From a virus (Duplodnaviria > Heunggongvirae > Uroviricota > Caudoviricetes): a stretch of DNA of 64,000 nt. This document shows, one piece after another, positions 24,301 through 32,245 of this stretch (the stretch's first letter is position 1; each line of letters opens with the position of its first letter). The stretch lies in IMG/VR virus record IMGVR_UViG_3300043418_000226; one strand, given 5' to 3'. Under the pieces are notes generated by a model. It was not told the origin of the DNA and ran no database searches. It saw only the letters and a list, made by a program, of their open reading frames with translations. The translations under genes and the position numbers were made by a program.

Positions 24301-25233
24301 TTTGATTTCCAAATCGCATTACCTATCAATTTTGATGCGGTAACGCCAACCCCAACACCTACACCGACACAAACCCCAACACCTACACCGACACAAACCC
24401 CAACTAACACCCCAACTAACACTCCAACACCATCGGTGACGGCATCGAATACGCCAACACCATCGGTGACGGCATCGAATACGCCAACACCATCAGTAAC
24501 TCCAACAATTACACCAACTAACACAGAAACACCAACTAACACACCTACCAATACAATGACACCGACGCCAACCCCAACTGACGACCCACCGGCACCATCC
24601 TCAACGCCGTCGGCCACACCGGCACCACCATATTGCCCATCATTCTCGGACTTTAGTCCGGCATTGAGTAATGGAAACATAACTATGACACACATATATT
24701 ATGGGACATGGGCTTCTAACCAAATTTACTATAATGGACCTGTTGCAACTACAGTAACATTAAAATGGTACGCCTCAGGTCAGTCATCATATCCGGGAAC
24801 GGTAGACATAACAACACCTTTATATGAAAACGCCTACTCAACCACACTTAATTTAAGTCCAGGTTCAAGTTTTAATTTAATAGGTGGAGGAATTAACGAA
24901 TCTGAAATTAATTATTCTGTTACCGTGAATGCAAAGGCGTTTACTTGTAGTCTTGAAACTCCGACACCATCACCGACACCGACACTAACGGCGTCACCAG
25001 TAATAACAAATTATTTAATCATGGATTGTATAACGGAAGAGAACTTTAACATTGAAAAAACATATGTTAAATTTGTTGGTGATGTGATTGAATATAAGGT
25101 TGGGGTACCGGGAACCGGAAGTAAAAGATGTGGAACAATTATAGATGAAAACTTCGTAGGTACTGCAGATGCGGTATTCTTCAGTTCAATCGATAGAGAT
25201 TGCGGTGACACTATACATTGTCCAACTATATAA
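21337..25233 (+). CDS. Baseplate wedge protein, T4 gp7/P2 I-like, with C-terminal PT linker and variable domains
   Basis: [14 protein letters not shown]...[29 protein letters not shown] matches the Tail_P2_I/gp7-type core; PT tract about 24340-24630 includes 24-nt and 30-nt tandem duplications. Confidence 0.7.
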   Translation: MAVVKHKVPSQLGNAGGTFSDSLVGNQITDGTSQLTNTNFAIDKVIPEKDSKDFKTSPFSDFFTLDTLKEEVDAPTTKDGDPTKNEKIRFKGGKDDANKSLFGSLKQRLQVSIGKIINKFPAGILVDGTSPTSIVENTAENITYDSITKTTQFSVNQTLLFNPFDVVLVKPQSNTLLVTDNGIRNLYSSYTKYVLDFNGNTFDVIIYSEPNTGGDIYFKVKGNPFIGLTNVTDNFLIRPSDAITEEFFNNLDDLESLLLNRETNPKYTATFKVPRESFDKTSTDLTDIEVSWPVSRDGWNLQIIGLGYDEYLYNLSAIADEIDDYKSNLVVRFLTAPQLFEFDTEEKKGETIFQLYGQNFDRVKKYIDNIAFMRNVSYDGVNNVPDILLKNLSETLGLSTVNLFDEKTLEDTLYSRQDAKYLGIPIGKTLIESEHEFYRRILVNLAHLFKSKGTRSSIEFFLKFLGAPEPIININEYVYNVKSLPKSLSVQDDLYNLIQGNKTDTVVTGFTESTYTYLTGITTGSTTLTRTDYPIDENNLPRKVTNIGSDIFFQKGSGWYDLTLDHRSPTVIDTDKSNGTFINNEFVLTGRTKTIKTKPKDFTYGEDYFDNFRTLPGLDYGFELESKIDNNKVSVTNNENDSKLILNRKNITVHLDSANAVNYDIYRQSRNLGTSGATFGSLTPQSEFSFAEYLGNVLSKTIKNSSTVKYKNNYIDLENVYSDYINQITNSGYTPYNFISVTEFVNKMSPYWVQVLDQFIPATTLWTGGNLIQNNKFSRSKYKYRKPCQLFEMVDDVYPEPSFSTFLDEILNDPDTGFQTLLGDNGKDGYFKLMPLFKIDGINYSGTTSDSSTYALLSGFTSHTGTTVENAKLYYVSGDTNCMEPIPTTGTTTPGFDAYCIDEVTLKYLWKKAIVGTINYVNNNSGYTRNSVGKDNTYGEQIGVSSITGATVTEDILSYEFFYDKDGKEKIRFKSFKYGTNNCTVMKSFDFQIALPINFDAVTPTPTPTPTQTPTPTPTQTPTNTPTNTPTPSVTASNTPTPSVTASNTPTPSVTPTITPTNTETPTNTPTNTMTPTPTPTDDPPAPSSTPSATPAPPYCPSFSDFSPALSNGNITMTHIYYGTWASNQIYYNGPVATTVTLKWYASGQSSYPGTVDITTPLYENAYSTTLNLSPGSSFNLIGGGINESEINYSVTVNAKAFTCSLETPTPSPTPTLTASPVITNYLIMDCITEENFNIEKTYVKFVGDVIEYKVGVPGTGSKRCGTIIDENFVGTADAVFFSSIDRDCGDTIHCPTI

Positions 25234-25257
25234 TAAAAATTAAATAATAATTAAAAT

Positions 25258-27342
25258 ATGAGCTTTTTAAACAGTAACAATTCCGAATATCTTTCAGCAA
25301 GAATAACTCAAAAGGGTAGAAACGCCATTGCTAAAGGTGATTTTAAAATAAGTTACTTTACAATTGGAGATTCCGAATATAACTACGATTCTTTATTTTC
25401 AACAATCGAACAAGGGGTATTAACACCATTCGATAAAGATAGTCAAGTAAAATATCCATTGAAATTAGATAACACTAATATCAGTGGAACAACGATTTAT
25501 GGTATTCCAATTGTTGCCAGTGAACCCGAGACAATTAGAAATGTTATGGGACCTGCCGGTTTTGTTTCTGAATATAAGACATATAATTTAAGTGCAAATA
25601 CAGGAACAACTATTGAATGTTTAACAAATGAAATGGATATTACGGAGTTGGATGGTACGTCTCAAATCACAGTTCCAATTTCTACGGGGACAACATATCA
25701 AGATTGTGGGTACATTACTATTGTTTTTAATACCTTCGATACATCAGGAGTTTCACCATTAATTTCGGGAGTGACAAATAGTGTAATATATAAAATCACC
25801 GGAGTTACAACGGGGTCAACAACTGAAACGTTATTTTTAGATAGAAAAACACCTGATTTTACGGGACTTAGTGGTTCGGTTAGTGTTGTTTGTAATAGTT
25901 GTGAGATGGAATTTGACACTTCTGGTGACGTTGATACAACTTGTCTACCACAGTTACCTGACACCGATGCACAACATAATCCATGGACTCTAAATGTTGT
26001 TTGGGGACAAAAACCAATAGGTTTTGACGTAAGCGGTACTGATGAATCGTTATCTGGATTTACAAGTACCAAATACACATCAACAAAAGAGTTTTTAGGT
26101 TATGGAACATCTGGAGGTCAGGTTACAAATACGGGAACGACATATACAAATACGTTTGATGAAGTTATTACGTTAACTCCTGAAGAACAAAAATGTATTG
26201 CAATAATTCATTATTCAGAAATTGGAGACATAGTAAATGACCCAGACAGATTTTTTAAATACGATGATTACATCAGCACAGCAACTGGTAATACGATTAC
26301 TGCCGACAATAGTGACGATTTTGAATTTTTTGAGGTTCATATTCCTTTTTTAGAATACCATAGAAATACAGGTAACACATTAGGAGCAATTTTCCATATG
26401 AGTGAATCAAATAAAACAATTATATCAAGTGTTAATAATGGACTTCACATATCATATAGAGATTTATTAGATGAACAAAATTTACCAGTTGGTAAAGTGT
26501 TTCAAAATAATAAAATAATTGTATTCGATGACCAAGAAATAGTTGCGGCATTAGATTATAAATCAAATAGGAGATATACGTTACCGGCACCTAAAATTAG
26601 TTTAGTACCTACAGACACAAATGCATCGAATTCAATAATGAGTGGAACTACAGGACAAACAATGTTTGTAACATACGCTTTTGAATATGTTGGTGACACA
26701 TCTTTGAATGGTTTGCCTTGTAATTATTTCACAAAAATCACTGGTACAACTACACCATCAAACGTAACCATTAAATTTGATACAGATGAATTCCAAAATT
26801 TAAAAACAATTTTTGGAGAAGTTACCGATGGATTTATTGCAAGTAAATTTCACATATTAGCACAAAGAATTGATGAAACTGATAGTGATAACCTACCTAA
26901 CCCTAACAATTGGGTTAAGATGAACTACACAATTGAAGCGGGTGGCGATAACTCTTCATTAATCGACCCAATTGGATTAAGAGATGTTACATTTACAATT
27001 GACAAAAACAAATACGATAACGGTACAATTTTCGATTTGAATACACATTTAGGTGATGTTTATACGGGTTCAACAACTTTACCACAATTTGGTGACGAAC
27101 AACCGTTTGCTGGAAGTGTTAAATTAGTTAGGGCAACTGATATTGAAGAAATGAAGTTTTTCATTAATTTACCGTCAGGTAAATTCTCAACATCACAAAA
27201 CCCAACATTTGTTTCAGGTAATCCAAAAATAACTGAGGTGGCATTACTCAATTCAAATAAAGACGCTTTGGTCATGGCAAAAACAAGTAAACCAATTACA
27301 AGAACCGGTACACAGGTATTCGCCGTTAAACTTGATTTCTAA
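25258..27342 (+). CDS. Baseplate/tail-collar protein (DUF3751/gp8-like termini)
   Basis: N-terminal ARITQKGRNAIAKG..KISYFTIGD and C-terminal ITEVALLN....LVMAK..KPI.R are typical of tail-collar/fibre-attachment proteins. Confidence 0.6.
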   Translation: MSFLNSNNSEYLSARITQKGRNAIAKGDFKISYFTIGDSEYNYDSLFSTIEQGVLTPFDKDSQVKYPLKLDNTNISGTTIYGIPIVASEPETIRNVMGPAGFVSEYKTYNLSANTGTTIECLTNEMDITELDGTSQITVPISTGTTYQDCGYITIVFNTFDTSGVSPLISGVTNSVIYKITGVTTGSTTETLFLDRKTPDFTGLSGSVSVVCNSCEMEFDTSGDVDTTCLPQLPDTDAQHNPWTLNVVWGQKPIGFDVSGTDESLSGFTSTKYTSTKEFLGYGTSGGQVTNTGTTYTNTFDEVITLTPEEQKCIAIIHYSEIGDIVNDPDRFFKYDDYISTATGNTITADNSDDFEFFEVHIPFLEYHRNTGNTLGAIFHMSESNKTIISSVNNGLHISYRDLLDEQNLPVGKVFQNNKIIVFDDQEIVAALDYKSNRRYTLPAPKISLVPTDTNASNSIMSGTTGQTMFVTYAFEYVGDTSLNGLPCNYFTKITGTTTPSNVTIKFDTDEFQNLKTIFGEVTDGFIASKFHILAQRIDETDSDNLPNPNNWVKMNYTIEAGGDNSSLIDPIGLRDVTFTIDKNKYDNGTIFDLNTHLGDVYTGSTTLPQFGDEQPFAGSVKLVRATDIEEMKFFINLPSGKFSTSQNPTFVSGNPKITEVALLNSNKDALVMAKTSKPITRTGTQVFAVKLDF

Positions 27343-27380
27343 GCTTTACATTTATCTGATTTTAATTTAACTTTTGGAAT

Positions 27381-28016
27381 ATGAGTATAGATGTAAAAAT
27401 TGACGTAAAATTTAAGAATAAGCCAAAAATTTTAGGATTGGATATTTCAACTAAAACAATTGGATGGGCCCTTTTTGATATATCAGGGTCTAAATTATTG
27501 GAGCTAACTCACTTTTCTCCAAAAATTAAACCTCAACCGGAGGATAAAATTGAAGAATTGATTAAGAAGGCAGATGCGTTCAAGAAACAATTAGAAGACT
27601 ATAAAGATGTTGGGATTACTCGTGTTATTATTGAGGAACCGTTGTTACAGTCAAATAACATCTATACTGTGGGTACGTTATTAAGATATAACACATTAAT
27701 TCTTAAGGCGTGTTATGATGTATTAGGGGTTTTACCTACATTTATTTCAACATACAATTCAAGAAAACATGCGTTTCCTGATTTAGTTGGTCCAAACGAT
27801 AAAGGACGTAATGTGTTGTTTGGTGGTTATCCGAAAGATATAGATAAAAAACATGTAATTTGGGAACACGTTAATAGTGTTTGTCCCGATATTAATTGGT
27901 TATACGGAAAGACCGGAGCACTTAGAAAGGAAAACTACGATATGGCAGACGCCGCTTGTTGTGTAATTGGATACGTTAACATGACTAAATTAGAAAATAC
28001 AAAAAAACAACAATAA
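27381..28016 (+). CDS. RuvC-like Holliday junction resolvase
   Basis: RNase H-fold acidic motifs ILGLDISTKTIGW, IIEEP, DMADA. Confidence 0.8.
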   Translation: MSIDVKIDVKFKNKPKILGLDISTKTIGWALFDISGSKLLELTHFSPKIKPQPEDKIEELIKKADAFKKQLEDYKDVGITRVIIEEPLLQSNNIYTVGTLLRYNTLILKACYDVLGVLPTFISTYNSRKHAFPDLVGPNDKGRNVLFGGYPKDIDKKHVIWEHVNSVCPDINWLYGKTGALRKENYDMADAACCVIGYVNMTKLENTKKQQ

Positions 28017-28055
28017 AACATTTCCATTTGTGAAAATTTTATTGTATAATTAAAA

Positions 28056-28128
28056 TAGGACGGGACATGTAGTAATACATGTTTAGTTGGTGTGAAAGGG
28101 GGAGTGGTGTTCCCCTTTCTTTTTTTTT
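28056..28128 (+). ncRNA. Candidate small structured RNA (GNRA hairpin plus terminator)
   Basis: TATAAT at 28045-28050; hairpin GGACATGTA-GTAA-TACATGTTT (28063-28084); strong terminator downstream; GC-rich island in an AT-rich intergenic region. Confidence 0.35.
28094..28128 (+). terminator. Intrinsic terminator
   Basis: GAAAGGGGGA-gtggtg-TTCCCCTTTC followed by T9. Confidence 0.85.
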
Positions 28129-28177
28129 ATATCCTACCACATTTTTTTTTCTCACATTTTTTTCTTATTATTATACC

Positions 28178-29119
28178 ATGGTAAATCAGAAAGTTGATTA
28201 TTCGGGTGTAGTTGATATCTTAGAAGATATCTTAGGTGAACCAAAACTTCACAATGACTACAAAGGACAAATATCCTTTGATTGTCCCGTGTGCTCGTAC
28301 GACATTAAAGAATTGGACCACGGAGACGGTAAAGGTAATTTAGAAATAAACTACCACAATAGCGTGTTTAAGTGTTGGTCATGTTCTGAAACTCACGGAA
28401 CCCATGGGTCACTTTATAAATTAATAAAGAAACACGGCAACAAGAAACAACTTAAGAAATACGAAATTTTAAGACCCGACGAGAATGAAGAAAATTCAAA
28501 ACGAACATACAAACAAGTCAAATTACCAAAAGAATTTATTGCATTTAAAGACGTTTCTGCCGGTTTAAAATTAACTCCACAATATAGACAAGCATACAAT
28601 TATATTAAAAAACGAAACATTACAGAAGAAATGTTAGTTAGATATAACATTGGATTTTGTTATACCGGTGAATATGAGAATAGAATAATCATACCATCAT
28701 ATGATGAAAACAAATACTTAAATTATTTCATTGCAAGGTCTTATTTAGTAAAGACAAAATTAAAATATAAAAATCCCGAAGCTCAAAAAGAAATCATCAT
28801 ATTCAATGAATACCTTATTAATTGGGATGAAACGGTTTATATTGTTGAAGGGGCTTTCGATAGTATATTCATACCAAATTCAATACCTATGTTGGGTAAG
28901 TTTATGAGTGAACACCTATTCAATAAATTATATGATAATGCGAAAAAAATCATAATAATATTAGACCCTGACGCTTACGGTGACCAAGAAAAATTATACC
29001 ATAAATTAAATTGTGGTAAATTAATGGGTAAAGTATGGTCACTTAAATTAGAAGGAGATAAAGACATTGCAGATATCCAAGGGGACATCAGTGGATATAA
29101 AATAAAACAAATTGATTAA
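28178..29119 (+). CDS. DNA primase (Zn-binding plus TOPRIM)
   Basis: CPVC...CWSC zinc finger; YIKKRNI, RIIIP, KYKNP; TOPRIM IVEGAFDS...LDPDA..D. Start moved to ATG 28178 because the track start at 28079 crosses the terminator. Confidence 0.88.
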   Translation: MVNQKVDYSGVVDILEDILGEPKLHNDYKGQISFDCPVCSYDIKELDHGDGKGNLEINYHNSVFKCWSCSETHGTHGSLYKLIKKHGNKKQLKKYEILRPDENEENSKRTYKQVKLPKEFIAFKDVSAGLKLTPQYRQAYNYIKKRNITEEMLVRYNIGFCYTGEYENRIIIPSYDENKYLNYFIARSYLVKTKLKYKNPEAQKEIIIFNEYLINWDETVYIVEGAFDSIFIPNSIPMLGKFMSEHLFNKLYDNAKKIIIILDPDAYGDQEKLYHKLNCGKLMGKVWSLKLEGDKDIADIQGDISGYKIKQID

Positions 29120-29120
29120 C

Positions 29121-29978
29121 ATGAATTTAAACGACATCTCATTAGAGATTAAAGACCTATTAGAACAAAGAAGGAAAGAACTTGAATTAACATTTATTGA
29201 AGATTCACACATTTATTACATGAAAGATTTAGACGGGACGGTTAAGAAAAATTTCCCTTCTGTTTCTAAAATTGTACATAAATTTCATAAGTTTTTTGAT
29301 GCGTCGGCAATGGCATTAAAGATGTCAGGTGGTGACCCAGTGGCACAACAAAAATTATTAGCAGAGTGGAAAATGGCAGGTGATTTATCTACCAATATGG
29401 GTAGTAGAGTTCACTACGAATTAGAAAAAGATACTATCGGTAGATTCGGTAACTACAAAGACGTTAGACAACCTATATTCGAAATTAACGACGAACAACA
29501 ACGTAAGAGTGACAATATGATTAAGGCCGGAAAAGAGTTCCTTGATTTAATGTTAGAACGTGGTGCGGTCTTATTGGACACAGAAGCGGTACTTGGTGAC
29601 CCCGAAGAACAATACACAGGACAACCGGATAAAATATGGTTAATGATGAATAAACAAAAAGATAATTTTGGGTTTGTAACCACAGATTGGAAAACAAACC
29701 AACCAAAAAATTTCGAAGTCCATCATTACACCGGTAAACTATTCCCACCGTTTGATAATTTTCACGATAATGCGTTGGGTCATTATTACCTACAACTTCC
29801 CTTATATGGTAGGTTATTACTTAAAATGTTAAAAGGTACAAAATTTGAAAATACAAAATTATTGGGAAATGTTATTGTTTTATTAAAAGAAGATGGTACC
29901 TTTGTCGAATATAAAGTTCCACCACAAATCAGTAGTACGATTTTAACGATGGATTTAAAAAACTATATTAAGAGATGA
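29121..29978 (+). CDS. PD-(D/E)XK exonuclease
   Basis: PSVS...GSRVH...E...GQPDK...DWKT...YYLQLPLY pattern of phage PD-(D/E)XK nucleases. Confidence 0.8.
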   Translation: MNLNDISLEIKDLLEQRRKELELTFIEDSHIYYMKDLDGTVKKNFPSVSKIVHKFHKFFDASAMALKMSGGDPVAQQKLLAEWKMAGDLSTNMGSRVHYELEKDTIGRFGNYKDVRQPIFEINDEQQRKSDNMIKAGKEFLDLMLERGAVLLDTEAVLGDPEEQYTGQPDKIWLMMNKQKDNFGFVTTDWKTNQPKNFEVHHYTGKLFPPFDNFHDNALGHYYLQLPLYGRLLLKMLKGTKFENTKLLGNVIVLLKEDGTFVEYKVPPQISSTILTMDLKNYIKR

Positions 29979-30793
29979 TAAAAAAAATTATACACATTGC
30001 CGACTTACACATCCGCACATTTCAATTACATGAATTATATCGTGAACAATTTGAAAAACTAATTGATGAAGTTAGCACACTATCAACTAAATGGATAGAA
30101 GAAGGTTTAAAATGGGAAGAGATTAGAATTGTAATCGCTGGCGACATTGCGCACCAGAAAATTAACATTTCAAACGAGCAATTGTTATTAACAAGTTGGT
30201 TTTTAAACGAACTATCAACTTACGGTAAAGTTGTTATCATACCGGGTAACCACGATTTCTTAGAAAATAATATTCAACGTATTGACAGTATTACCCCAAT
30301 TGTTGAATTAATAAACAATAAGAACATCTCATATTACAAAGATAGTGGTGTGTATGAAGACGAAAACATTAATTGGGTCGTTTATTCATTATATCAACAT
30401 AATGTTAGACCCGATTTTGTAAAAGAAGAAGGTAAATTTCACGTTGGATTATTCCACGGACCTATACAAGGACTATCAACTGATATGGGGTTCACATTTG
30501 AAGATGCATACGACCAATTAAATTTTGTTGACTTAGACTTGTTATTATGTGGTGATATTCATAAACGACAAACATTCACATTACCCGGAGGAGGTAAAGG
30601 CGTTATGATTGGTTCTTTAATACAACAAAATTTTGGGGAAACAGTTAAACATCATGGTTACGGAGTTTATGATGTTATTAAAGACGAATATGACTTTATT
30701 GATTTACAAAACGACCAACCATTTCTCCATTTTGAAATAACAGACATTAAAGATATTGAAAATGGAAAAGAAGTTCACCTTAACCTTGGATAA
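29975..30793 (+). CDS. Mre11/SbcD-like nuclease (metallophosphoesterase domain only)
   Basis: IADLH, AGDI, PGNHD, FHG, GDIH, GSLIQQNFGE; ends soon after the catalytic domain (272 aa). Confidence 0.9.
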   Translation: MIKKIIHIADLHIRTFQLHELYREQFEKLIDEVSTLSTKWIEEGLKWEEIRIVIAGDIAHQKINISNEQLLLTSWFLNELSTYGKVVIIPGNHDFLENNIQRIDSITPIVELINNKNISYYKDSGVYEDENINWVVYSLYQHNVRPDFVKEEGKFHVGLFHGPIQGLSTDMGFTFEDAYDQLNFVDLDLLLCGDIHKRQTFTLPGGGKGVMIGSLIQQNFGETVKHHGYGVYDVIKDEYDFIDLQNDQPFLHFEITDIKDIENGKEVHLNLG

Positions 30794-31292
30794 GGAATTT
30801 ATTCAATTCTGTGAGTTAAATAAAATTACCGACATTAATAAAAAAGCAACGGAAACCTTCAATCGAGGGTTTTCTTTGTTAAAATACGGTGAAACTCCAA
30901 ATGGGGTAACTAACGTTACGGAAAAGATAGTTGAAAAGGTCATAGAAGTGCCCGTTGAAGTTATTAAGGAAAAGATAGTAGAAAAGATTATTGAGGTTCC
31001 CGTTGAGGTTATAAAAGAAATAAGAGTCGAAGTACCAGTTGAAATTATTAAAGAAGTTTTAGTAAAAGGGGACACTAAGGTGGTAACTAAAGAGGTTATT
31101 AAAGAAGTCCCTATTGAAAAGGTTATTTTCGACACATCTAAAGAAATGGCTAAAGATAAAGAAATTGAAACTTTAAAAATTGAAAACGATAAATTAAAAT
31201 CTGATTTAGATAAAATCACTTCCTCATTAAATAAATTTAACAAGGGTACGTTCATGAAGAATAGTGATTTAGGTTCACTATATAGTGAATAA
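30762..31292 (+). CDS. Hypothetical protein with EKIVEVPVEVIKE repeats and C-terminal coiled coil
   Basis: Several V/I-E-V-P-V-E units (articulin/alveolin-like composition). Confidence 0.65.
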   Translation: MEKKFTLTLDKEFIQFCELNKITDINKKATETFNRGFSLLKYGETPNGVTNVTEKIVEKVIEVPVEVIKEKIVEKIIEVPVEVIKEIRVEVPVEIIKEVLVKGDTKVVTKEVIKEVPIEKVIFDTSKEMAKDKEIETLKIENDKLKSDLDKITSSLNKFNKGTFMKNSDLGSLYSE

Positions 31293-31342
31293 TTTGGTAT
31301 TACGGGATTTTTTCTCTATATTATCCAAAACAATATAAACAT

Positions 31343-31663
31343 ATGGTAACATTATTTCTTTGGATTTTTATTGCATATGGATTTACGTCCATTCTTGTAT
31401 GGGGAAGTATTTTCGAAAGTACAAGAGCGTTCATCGCAAGAAAATCAAAATTTTTTGGTACACTAATCAGTTGTACATTATGTACCTCGACATGGGTGGG
31501 ATTCTTTATGTCGATTGTACTCGGTTCACCTTCACAAACAATATTTACCGCACATGATTTACCATGGGTGGTTTGTATATTCTTTGATGGAATGTTTACC
31601 GCAGGAGCCGTTTGGGCTATAAATGCTGTCGTCGAGTTTTTCGAGGAGAGTAGGATTAAATAA
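31343..31663 (+). CDS. Small membrane protein, DUF1360-like
   Basis: Three hydrophobic segments and an LISCTLCTSTWVG CxxC..W motif. Confidence 0.6.
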   Translation: MVTLFLWIFIAYGFTSILVWGSIFESTRAFIARKSKFFGTLISCTLCTSTWVGFFMSIVLGSPSQTIFTAHDLPWVVCIFFDGMFTAGAVWAINAVVEFFEESRIK

Positions 31664-31669
31664 AATTTA

Positions 31670-32245
31670 ATGGCAAAATTAAAACGCACAAGTTATGATG
31701 ACACACTTGTAAGAGAGTTCATCATCAAATTTTGTGATGAAAAATGGTCCATGAAACTTAAATCTAATGATGAATTATATAAAATCGACTTGTTAGGGGT
31801 TGACGATTTATTGTTAGGGGTTGAGGTTGAACATGGAAAATGGGAAGGAAATTTTTGGGAGAATGACAATTATTCACTAATTTCGGAGCAGAAATTCAGA
31901 ACAATTAATATTCCCGGTAGAAAAGAAAAGTATTTTTTACCCGAAAACACTGTAAGAAGTAAAGTAACTGACAATTTAAGTTACCAAAAAAACATCTTCA
32001 TGAGAACCAATAAAGATTTTACACAAGTGATTGTAATAAGGTCAAATACGGTTAGGGATAAGAATAAAATGGTTAGAACACGATTCCAACCAAAGAACAG
32101 TAATGAAGTTGAAAATTGGTTATCTTTTAGACGTGAAGACGTTGAAACATACACATTAATCGACGGAACTTTTGTTTTAGAGCAAGTAGAAAAAACTAAC
32201 ATATTAAAAAAATTATGTCGCAGACTAACCCATTTATTAAAGTAA
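31670..32245 (+). CDS. Putative restriction-endonuclease-fold protein
   Basis: IDLL-x(7)-GVEVE resembles a D...ExE variant of the PD-(D/E)XK core; overlaps Rad50 by 31 nt. Confidence 0.4.
   Translation: MAKLKRTSYDDTLVREFIIKFCDEKWSMKLKSNDELYKIDLLGVDDLLLGVEVEHGKWEGNFWENDNYSLISEQKFRTINIPGRKEKYFLPENTVRSKVTDNLSYQKNIFMRTNKDFTQVIVIRSNTVRDKNKMVRTRFQPKNSNEVENWLSFRREDVETYTLIDGTFVLEQVEKTNILKKLCRRLTHLLK

Noticed and set aside
13370-24695. Minus-strand VGVTVGV ORFs and alternative-frame ORFs (for example 15319-16212 YTN/ANT repeats, Cys/Trp-rich reverse ORFs)
   Set aside because: Shadows of the ACN-CCN periodic PT tracts, which lack stops in other frames; no independent start context.
3443-27342. Bacterial extracellular contractile injection system or prophage-derived tailocin
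   Set aside because: Embedded among primase, RNR, Mre11/Rad50, resolvase and sigma genes with phage-like density, and no housekeeping operons; a large lytic phage fits better.
29121-29978. Cas4
   Set aside because: Lacks the four Fe-S cysteines; generic PD-(D/E)XK nuclease.
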